A stretch of 36,794 nucleotides of DNA from a virus: positions 1 to 36,794 of IMG/VR virus record IMGVR_UViG_3300045988_183576; one strand, given 5' to 3'. This document shows, piece after piece, positions 30,608 through 36,794 of the stretch (its first letter is position 1; each line of letters begins with the position of its first letter). A model generated the notes under the pieces. It made no database searches. It had not been told where the DNA came from and saw only the letters and a program-made list of their open reading frames with translations. A program made the translations under genes and the position numbers.

Positions 30608-31375
30608 TTATTTGTGCATTTTTAATCCGTCGCAATCGTCATACAGGCAGTTATGTTTAACCGCTCCGCCGATTTTGGACGAATACCCGAACGCACCCTC
30701 GGTTTTTGCCTTTAACTTCTGATTTTCAGCCTGTAACGCAAGTATTTTCGCGTTCAAGCCGTCAATAATAGCCTCGTAATCGGCAGGCATGTCCGATTCT
30801 TCTACGGCAGGTTCGTTGCGCATTTCGGGAATGTCGTCGGCAACCTCTTCGGTTTCTTCGGTTTCTTCGGGAGCGGTTTCCGCTATCGCTTCGGTTTCTC
30901 CGTCGCCCGTGTCGTCGCCCTCGTCCGCTTCAACGCCTTTCTGCATAACCGGTTCTTCTTCCGTTTCGGGAGCTTCCGTTCCGACCTCTTCGGTTTCCTC
31001 TTCTTCGGTTTCCTCTTCTTCGGTTTCCTCTTCTTCGGTAACTTCTTCGGTTTCTTTCTTAGGCTCCGTATTTTCGCCATTTTCGGGCGTTTCTTCTTCT
31101 GCGGTCGTTTCCTCGGTTGCTTGCGTTTCGTCGGTTGCAACTTCCTTTTCTGCGCTGTTTTCGCCGTTTCCGTCCGTTTCGGGTTCTTCCTTAACTTCGT
31201 CCTTGACTTCCGTTTTCTGTACGGGGTCTGCAACCTTGTTTTCGGGTTCTTCCTTAACTTCGGGAGCGGTTACGGTTTCCTCGCCGAGTGCGCTTTTAAG
31301 TTCGCTCTTTACCTCGGGAGGTGCTTTTTTCAGTTCGGCAATCAATTTATCCAACATTGATTTTATCAGTGCCAT
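30608..31375 (-). CDS. Putative scaffolding protein (255 aa), extremely acidic Glu/Thr-rich with C-terminal coiled coil
   Basis: It lies between the portal and capsid genes and contains EEETEEEETEEEETEEV repeats and LNAKILALQAENQKLKAK. Confidence 0.6.
   Translation of the reverse strand: MALIKSMLDKLIAELKKAPPEVKSELKSALGEETVTAPEVKEEPENKVADPVQKTEVKDEVKEEPETDGNGENSAEKEVATDETQATEETTAEEETPENGENTEPKKETEEVTEEEETEEEETEEEETEEVGTEAPETEEEPVMQKGVEADEGDDTGDGETEAIAETAPEETEETEEVADDIPEMRNEPAVEESDMPADYEAIIDGLNAKILALQAENQKLKAKTEGAFGYSSKIGGAVKHNCLYDDCDGLKMHK
30991..31035 (-). repeat. Three perfect tandem 15-nt repeats (CGGTTTCCTCTTCTT on plus) encoding EETEE units
   Basis: Copies at 30991-31005, 31006-31020 and 31021-31035, with degenerate copies flanking them. 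Confidence 0.85.
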
Positions 31376-33053
31376 TAGTCAGCCCTCCTTGTGCTGTTTT
31401 ATTTAACGTCGCATTTGTGTTTTGGGTCGTCGGTTTTGGGTTCTCCGCCGCTCCGCTCTCTTGCGGTAAACCGCCGCCCATTGGCATTTGCGCTTTGTTA
31501 CTGTGAGAAATAATAAATTCTTCGAGGTCTTTTGTTTCCCTGTACGAGTTAGTGCCGAGTATCTTTTCCGCAAGCATACGAGCGGTAACCTTTCCGCCGT
31601 TGTACAATTCTGCGTACTGCTGTATCTCTTCCGCCTGTATCTCTTGGCTTACGGGCATAATACGCATTTCGGGAGCCTCGACCCCGTAATAATGAAAATA
31701 GATATCAATCAAGTCCTGCAAGGGCTGTGAGATGATACCTATCTTGTCTTTTATGAACGTTTCGGTGTTACTTCGTCCCGCTTTGATTTCCGTAGCGGAT
31801 TTCTGCGTCGTGCCGTCGGATAGCCAACTTGCTATTGTAGTACTCGATAGCCCGAGTGCCGCCGCCGTGTCGTTCAAAATATTCTGTTTTTGCGTTTTTA
31901 TCTCGTCCGCTCGTAGTTCAGGCTGTATCGGGAGCGGCTTGCCGTCTTTCTCGCCGTTAAGCAAATTCTCGTAGTAATTGAAGATTATCGGGTCAAGCGC
32001 ACGCCGTCTTTCTTCGGGGTCGTTCGGATTACTGTTGCAGTCGTCCATCATTACCCTTGCGCGTGCCGCATATACCTCCACACGCTCGAAGAACTTTAAC
32101 TGCTCATACTGATACAGTTCGTTTTGTAGAAAGTCCGCAAGCGGCATACCGAACGGCATTTTCGGAAACGACGGAATGTTACGAGTGAATTTAATCAGCC
32201 TTACGCCTAAATCGTCGTCGAACGGCAACAGCGTGCAGCTCTGCCACATGGTAGCGTACTGCCTTGACGAATCATTCGTCATCGTGTATGCGTCGGTTTT
32301 GTCTATATCGATTTCGCCGTAATCGCGTTTAAGGCTGTTTCTTACTTCGGGCGGAACGTCTGCCCAACGCACGGGGTCTGTCGGAACAGCGTCGTATGTA
32401 ATATTCGTCGTGGTCTGATAAACCGTATAATGTACCATAGGGAAACGCTTTTTAACACTTCCGATAGTCGTGTACTTGAAGAACCGCTCCTCGCATAAGT
32501 GATACTCTGTCGTCGCCGATATAGTGTCGTGATAAGTCGCTATAAAGCACTTAACGCGCTCTATATCTCCGTAGCCGTCAACTTCGATAAAGAACTTGTC
32601 CATTGGTATTGCTTCAAACCGCAAATCGCCGTTACCGTCGCGATTGAGCTTTAACAGCCCCGTACCGCCTGCCTCGCAGAAATCGTACGCTTCGACTTTT
32701 GCATTGTCGAAATTGCTCTTTTTCTTGAACTTCGTATCGATTATGTTGTTCGTGTCGGGGTTATACGAGTTAAGCACGACGGGATTCGAGAACAAAAGGC
32801 TCTTTATTCCGTTGCCTATCTTCTGCAAGAATTTTGTCGGTATAACGCCGTATTCAAGATTGTGAAAGCCCTCTATCCAGCCCGTATACATTCCGACAAG
32901 CGGCTTGATATACGAAGCGTAAAAAGTGTAATAACGCGGAGCGGCAAGCAAGTACGTGTTTGAATACTGCACGACCTTGAAACTGTCTGCGGATAATTCG
33001 CTCCCAACTCCGAGCGGCATAAAATTTTTGTCGTCTATAATTTCCATAAGCAC
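31347..33053 (-). CDS. Putative portal protein (568 aa)
   Basis: Called from size and its position downstream of terL and upstream of the scaffold gene. Confidence 0.65.
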   Translation of the reverse strand: MLMEIIDDKNFMPLGVGSELSADSFKVVQYSNTYLLAAPRYYTFYASYIKPLVGMYTGWIEGFHNLEYGVIPTKFLQKIGNGIKSLLFSNPVVLNSYNPDTNNIIDTKFKKKSNFDNAKVEAYDFCEAGGTGLLKLNRDGNGDLRFEAIPMDKFFIEVDGYGDIERVKCFIATYHDTISATTEYHLCEERFFKYTTIGSVKKRFPMVHYTVYQTTTNITYDAVPTDPVRWADVPPEVRNSLKRDYGEIDIDKTDAYTMTNDSSRQYATMWQSCTLLPFDDDLGVRLIKFTRNIPSFPKMPFGMPLADFLQNELYQYEQLKFFERVEVYAARARVMMDDCNSNPNDPEERRRALDPIIFNYYENLLNGEKDGKPLPIQPELRADEIKTQKQNILNDTAAALGLSSTTIASWLSDGTTQKSATEIKAGRSNTETFIKDKIGIISQPLQDLIDIYFHYYGVEAPEMRIMPVSQEIQAEEIQQYAELYNGGKVTARMLAEKILGTNSYRETKDLEEFIISHSNKAQMPMGGGLPQESGAAENPKPTTQNTNATLNKTAQGGLTNGTDKINVG

Positions 33054-33054
33054 C

Positions 33055-33408
33055 TCAGATTATCAACTCTTTCAGGTACGAGAGAAAGAGCGGGTTTTTC
33101 TTTATGTCGTCTATACTCTCAACTTCCGCGTCAAACTCGGGGTGTTTCTTCCAAATACGGTCTAACCGCTCCCCGATATAGATTTCTTCCGAGTGTTTCT
33201 CCAATATCTCGCCTATCTTGATATTTACCACTTCGGTTATCTTTCTGCAACGTCTTTCGGATATAGCACGCTTATTCGTTCGCACAAGCTCCAAATGCGG
33301 ATAAAACTCTATGCTTATTCCCGGGTATGCTTTTTCTACCCATTCGCGTATCTCTTTCTCCGCACGCGTGTATGCTATATCTCCGTTCAAAAACTCTCTT
33401 AATCTCAT
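33055..33408 (-). CDS. Hypothetical protein (117 aa) wedged between terL and portal
   Basis: Start trimmed to ATG 33408 (TAATG overlap with the terL stop). The longer track ORF to 33759 overlaps terL out of frame. Confidence 0.5.
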   Translation of the reverse strand: MRLREFLNGDIAYTRAEKEIREWVEKAYPGISIEFYPHLELVRTNKRAISERRCRKITEVVNIKIGEILEKHSEEIYIGERLDRIWKKHPEFDAEVESIDDIKKNPLFLSYLKELII

Positions 33409-34844
33409 TACAGTTCTCCATATTTCAGTTTTTCGAGGAACGCTTCCGCTCCGTTGTCCGCGTCGTAAATAGCGCGTCTTTCCGGGAACGACAAACGATA
33501 CGGATTCGCAAGCACGGTCATAACCGCGTACTGCAATGCGTCCGTACAGTCGTTCGGAATGGTCGGGTCTATCTTCTTGTTGTCCAAGTACCGCAACGCT
33601 TTTATCTGTTTGACAAGCATAGCGTTTGAATACTTCGGCGAATACCTGTCTACGTTTACGACTTTCAATATCCCGTTCGCAAACGCCGTGTTTACTTCGT
33701 CCAGTTGTTCCTCTTTCTCGCCTTTGGTTGTGTAAGGCTTTAATAACACGTTTCTCCAACGCATAAAATTGCGGTCTGTCCGTTTCATAACCGCCATTTG
33801 TCTGTACATACCGCTTGCGCAGTCAAATACCATTATTACCGGTATCGCACGCTCGGGATTGAAATGCGCCTGTATGTAGTCGAGATACTCCGCTACGATA
33901 GCGCACCGCTCCGTAAGTGCAGGCTTTACGGGTAATTCCTTGCAAGAGAGATACAATCCCTCGTTGACTTTCATATTCCCGTTTCTCTGCACCATAACGG
34001 CTTCGCCCGCTATTGCGTCCTTGCTTTCTGCGTCGTCTATGCCGATAACGATAGAGTGGAGCATATCGCCCGTTTTTTGCGGAGCGGCAAGCAACTCTTC
34101 TCTCAGTATATAATGCTCTCTTTCGATAAACGAATGAAATGTTTGTTCCCAGCCCGCTACGTCGAGGTCGCCTAAGTATATTTGAGCGTACGACACCGGG
34201 TCGGTTTTTCTCATCATCTCGATTTCGTGAATTAGTGCGTCAGGAAGCCACGCTATAATATCGAGATATGTCGGCTTTATGACCGTCCACTCGTCATCTT
34301 CCGACTTGACTTTGTAGTAGTCATCAAACCACATCGCCGCACGGTCGGGGTTTCCTGCAAGGATAACCTTGCTATGCCCTGCTTTCATTTGTCGTAAGAA
34401 CGTGGATAAACAATTATCCAAAATGCCCTTGTTATGCAACTTCTGCACTTCGTCCATTACGAACAACGATACCGGACGTATGAGCTTCTTCGACTTCGTT
34501 GCGTTCACGTTGTCTAACTTATTCGTCTGAACGGCATACGAGCGTATCTGATTACGCGCGCCTTTCATATAGCACGACTTAGCACTGAATACCCAATCGT
34601 CCGCAAGGTTCTCGCTTTCGAGGAAAGACTGAAACTCGCTCAATACGCCGTCGCCCGCGTTCGTAAGACTGTCTACACCTATCGCCACGTCATAATCGGG
34701 GAAATTGATATAATACAACCACAATATACGACCTAACGCCGACGATTTGCCGCACGCTCTTGGTGCATACCATAGGTTTTTACAACACTTCGGCGTGGAC
34801 ATATCGAACGCAGGTTCATATACGTCCGCAATCTCAACTTTCAT
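33408..34844 (-). CDS. terL: Terminase large subunit
   Basis: Walker A YAPRACGKSSALGRI, Walker B LFVMDEV, and a C-terminal nuclease-type acidic motif (VIGIDDA). 478 aa. Confidence 0.9.
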   Translation of the reverse strand: MKVEIADVYEPAFDMSTPKCCKNLWYAPRACGKSSALGRILWLYYINFPDYDVAIGVDSLTNAGDGVLSEFQSFLESENLADDWVFSAKSCYMKGARNQIRSYAVQTNKLDNVNATKSKKLIRPVSLFVMDEVQKLHNKGILDNCLSTFLRQMKAGHSKVILAGNPDRAAMWFDDYYKVKSEDDEWTVIKPTYLDIIAWLPDALIHEIEMMRKTDPVSYAQIYLGDLDVAGWEQTFHSFIEREHYILREELLAAPQKTGDMLHSIVIGIDDAESKDAIAGEAVMVQRNGNMKVNEGLYLSCKELPVKPALTERCAIVAEYLDYIQAHFNPERAIPVIMVFDCASGMYRQMAVMKRTDRNFMRWRNVLLKPYTTKGEKEEQLDEVNTAFANGILKVVNVDRYSPKYSNAMLVKQIKALRYLDNKKIDPTIPNDCTDALQYAVMTVLANPYRLSFPERRAIYDADNGAEAFLEKLKYGEL

Positions 34845-35292
34845 CGCTGACGGTCGGACTTTGCTCTCCGACTATTTTCGGGTCGGTTTCCGTTTTAGAA
34901 CGCTTGCTCTTGTCTACAAACTCTATTTCAACCTTACGGAGCGGTTCTTCTTCCGCACCTACTACTTTGGTGGACGGATTCTCCCCGATAATATCACGCA
35001 GATATTCAAGGCACTTTCTGTCGCCTTTCAAAGCTCCCGCTGTTACTTGCGCACACCACATAGCATAGCCGTCGCCGCTTGTGAACTCGTCCGTTACGGG
35101 ATTGTTGAATTTGAACTGCTCTTTAAGAAGCAATTTCATTGTTTCTCTTAGCGTTTTTTTCTCTTTGCGAACCTGTCCCGACTTAATGCCGCCCGCCTTG
35201 CCTTTTGCTCGCGCTTCCTCGGCGGTTAGCGGCTGTCCTAACCATTCGGCTCTGTACCGCTCCTTCGGCTCTGAATTTTTCTTTTTTGACAT
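34834..35292 (-). CDS. Putative terminase small subunit
   Basis: 152 aa directly upstream of and overlapping terL. The basic N-terminus KGKAGGIKSGQVRKEKKTLRE is typical of small terminases of Firmicute phages. Confidence 0.55.
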   Translation of the reverse strand: MSKKKNSEPKERYRAEWLGQPLTAEEARAKGKAGGIKSGQVRKEKKTLRETMKLLLKEQFKFNNPVTDEFTSGDGYAMWCAQVTAGALKGDRKCLEYLRDIIGENPSTKVVGAEEEPLRKVEIEFVDKSKRSKTETDPKIVGEQSPTVSDES

Positions 35293-35296
35293 AGCC

Positions 35297-35632
35297 TTAC
35301 TCCTTATGTTCGTTTTTGTATAAATCCCATATAATTAAACGGTCTTGAAGCGTTCCTGCATACGCTTGCATGTGTTTGAGCTGTTGTTTCATAAGCTCAC
35401 GCATTTCAGGCGTTACAACGCGTTCCGGTATCTTTCTGCCGTATAGAAAGCAAGTCAATTTAAGTATCTTTTCGTGTAACTCGTCTAACTCTTGCTCTAC
35501 GCGCTCTTTTGCTGTATTCGGATAGACTTTCTCCTTTATCTCTTCTTCCGTTGATATTATTCCTCGCCCGCTCGGATTTGCACCCATCATGCGTTCCATG
35601 TCTTCGCGTGTTAAATTTGTTGCCATAATCAT
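35297..35632 (-). CDS. Hypothetical helical protein (111 aa)
   Basis: ORF track. It lies between the first late gene and terS. Confidence 0.55.
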   Translation of the reverse strand: MIMATNLTREDMERMMGANPSGRGIISTEEEIKEKVYPNTAKERVEQELDELHEKILKLTCFLYGRKIPERVVTPEMRELMKQQLKHMQAYAGTLQDRLIIWDLYKNEHKE

Positions 35633-36280
35633 TTACTCCTTATAGACGTATTTATGAGTTAATTGCTCATACTCCGTTAAGTCTTTTATTGCATATCTTG
35701 CATAACCTTTGTCATCAAGATACAAATAGCCGTTTGCGTTGATTTTGAAAGCCCCGCCCTTTGTTTCTTGTATGTCGTACCAATGCCGGTCGTTTGCGGT
35801 TTTATTGTCTATCGATACAAAAAAGCGTTTGCCGTTGACATCTGCTGTAAAGTAATAGCCAATGCCGTATTTAGACGGATTGACCCACACTTCTTTTAAG
35901 CTGTACGGTTTTACGGCTTTCCATTTATCTTTGTGTATTCTTGCGTGCGTTTCATTGTTTTGAACTACCGAATACATGGTTTCTTTTTTCGGTGCTTCGT
36001 TTTGTGCCGCTTCCTTTTGAGGTTGCTTGTCCGGTTGCGTATCGGTTGTCTTGTCTTTCTTCAAATTGTCGTAAAACTCTTTGTATTCCTTTTCGACTTC
36101 ACCGATATGCCCGGCGTTCTTCAAAGCCTCCCACGCGTCACGAGGTGTCCAGCCTTTTTGTATCGCTATTCCTTTTTGTTCGCATAAAGCAAACGGCAAA
36201 CGGTACTTATTCGCGGTTTCGTGCGTTTCTTCGCTTTCGCCCGCTCCGTCCATTAAACCGATTTTCTTAAATTCATCCAT
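35633..36280 (-). CDS. Two-domain protein (215 aa): N-terminal module paralogous to 743..1654 plus an unrelated beta-rich C-terminal domain; first gene of the late operon
   Basis: MDEFKKIGLMDGAGE...NKYRLPFALCEQKGIAIQKGWTPRDAWEALKNAGHIGEVEKEY aligns with MAEEFKKTGLMDGMGE...NKALRLPFALCKAKGIKIQDWWTPRDAWNALKNGGYVEDVDEEY. GGAGAAG RBS. Confidence 0.7.
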   Translation of the reverse strand: MDEFKKIGLMDGAGESEETHETANKYRLPFALCEQKGIAIQKGWTPRDAWEALKNAGHIGEVEKEYKEFYDNLKKDKTTDTQPDKQPQKEAAQNEAPKKETMYSVVQNNETHARIHKDKWKAVKPYSLKEVWVNPSKYGIGYYFTADVNGKRFFVSIDNKTANDRHWYDIQETKGGAFKINANGYLYLDDKGYARYAIKDLTEYEQLTHKYVYKE

Positions 36281-36350
36281 AGGTTCTTCTCCAAATAAAA
36301 AAACAACCCCTTTTTTGAGATTGTTTTTTTAGATTTTTATTAAAAAACGC

Positions 36351-36379
36351 TTGACAAATGTCATTCAATGTTGTATAAT
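36351..36379 (+). promoter_or_regulatory. Perfect consensus sigma-70 promoter of the plus-strand moron
   Basis: TTGACA (36351-36356), 17 nt, TATAAT (36374-36379). Confidence 0.65.
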
Positions 36380-36399
36380 ATAGTTGCAAAACAACAAAT

Positions 36400-36415
36400 G
36401 ACCGCAACGGCGGTC
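36400..36415 (+). promoter_or_regulatory. Inverted repeat GACCGC-AACG-GCGGTC in the moron 5' leader (operator or mRNA hairpin)
   Basis: It lies between the -10 and the GAGGAG SD at 36416-36421. Confidence 0.4.
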
Positions 36416-36427
36416 GAGGAGTAAAAA

Positions 36428-36794
36428 ATGAAAAGTTCTTATAATTTGAATCACGAAATCATCTCTGTCAATGATTTCCCGTACGGAAAAACGCAAGCCG
36501 TAATCGTCAAAGTTGGAAAAAGGCAATACTACATTGATGTAGACAAATGTTCTCAGTCCATAACATTATCTGTGTATGATGTAGTTTCTAAGGCGCGCAA
36601 AACCTTTTCAAAGTACGATGCAAATCTGCGTTTTATAACGCTGAGTACAAAAAATCTGCATTATATCGATAGACAATTTATGAGCGATTTGGACGAGATT
36701 ATTTTGGCTGATAAATTGGTAAAAAAATACAACATGTTTTTTTCTCGTTGCGATTATCTGTGCGACACCGACTCCACATTGATTATGTCTGAGC
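36428..36794 (+). CDS. 5' part of the junction-spanning 125-aa hypothetical protein (no stop in window; continues at 2..130)
   Basis: ATG 36428 follows GAGGAG. Hand translation gives MKSSYNLNHEIISVNDFPYGKTQAVIVKVGKRQYYIDVDKCSQSITLSVYDVVSKARKTFSKYDANLRFITLSTKNLHYIDRQFMSDLDEI..., open to the last base. It is absent from the ORF track because it lacks a stop in the window. Confidence 0.65.
   Translation, partial: MKSSYNLNHEIISVNDFPYGKTQAVIVKVGKRQYYIDVDKCSQSITLSVYDVVSKARKTFSKYDANLRFITLSTKNLHYIDRQFMSDLDEIILADKLVKKYNMFFSRCDYLCDTDSTLIMSE
36676..36794. repeat. Right copy of the 119-bp terminal overlap (identical to 1-119)
   Basis: Direct comparison of both ends. Confidence 0.95.

Larger units (their letters stand above)
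1..36794. mobile_element. Complete temperate tailed-phage genome, circularly closed (unit 36,675 bp), in excised form with intact attP
   Basis: Integrase, CI/Cro switch and attP are present, with recombination/replication genes. Gene order is terminase-portal-scaffold-capsid-tail-fibre. The two ends share an identical 119-bp sequence. Confidence 0.85.

Noticed and set aside
30789-31406. Ser-rich 205-aa plus-strand ORF and Lys/Arg/Pro-rich 116-aa minus-strand ORF (30883..31233).
   Set aside because: Both are alternative-frame shadows of the GAA/GAG/ACC-rich low-complexity scaffold gene. The acidic frame fits the synteny and has a proper RBS.
33409-33759. Upstream 117 codons of the 234-aa track ORF 33055..33759.
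   Set aside because: This part overlaps the 3' end of terL out of frame. An internal ATG at 33408 forms a TAATG coupling with the terL stop, so only 33055..33408 was kept.
36301-36335. AACAA...TTGTT weak hairpin with flanking A/T runs upstream of the first late gene, considered as a terminator or late promoter element.
   Set aside because: The stem is AT-rich and short with a large loop, and I could not define a convincing -10/-35 for the late operon. The promoter is probably activator-dependent, so it was left unannotated.

Overview
The window is one complete, circularly closed genome of a temperate tailed phage. Bases 1-119 recur exactly at 36676-36794, so the unit length is 36,675 bp, and one plus-strand ORF (36428..end, continuing 2..130) crosses the artificial junction. 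The host is probably a Firmicute, inferred from strong GGAGG-type ribosome-binding sites and the gene families present. Layout: (1) A plus-strand lysogeny module holds a CI-like repressor (11671..12021), a tyrosine integrase (12046..13284) and attP, which carries a 45-nt tRNA-Lys(CTT) 3' fragment at 13418..13462 and four AGTACCCAAA arm repeats. (2) A leftward early operon runs from a Cro-like gene (11490) to a terminator at 1803..1830. It encodes Gp157-like, Rad52-like annealase, HNH-like, DnaD-like organiser, SSB, an MT-A70 adenine methylase, a C5-cytosine methylase, an ASCH protein, a lipoprotein and a RinA/ArpU-like activator. (3) A self-contained promoter-to-terminator unit (1718 down to 349) encodes a papain-fold Cys-His protein, a 66-aa protein and an untracked 45-aa holin-like peptide. 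(4) A convergent plus-strand two-gene moron (125-aa unknown plus 63-aa XRE HTH) sits behind a perfect consensus promoter. (5) A ~22.7-kb leftward late operon (36280 down to 13548) encodes terminase, portal, acidic scaffold, capsid, connectors, tail proteins, 1035-aa and 1055-aa tail/fibre proteins, then three membrane proteins beside attP. Most worth a second look: the orphan moron (TA-like or acr-aca-like); two proteins sharing a novel N-terminal module with unrelated C-termini that flank that moron; a C5-methyltransferase whose motifs I-III sit after motif X (circular permutation); the canonical lysis slot holding only membrane proteins, with no muralytic enzyme I can recognise; membrane-protein genes where a tape-measure gene would be expected, one with its own promoter and terminator; and a lysogeny switch built from two perfect, face-to-face promoters. 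All functional calls rest on motif reading and synteny only; no database search was possible.
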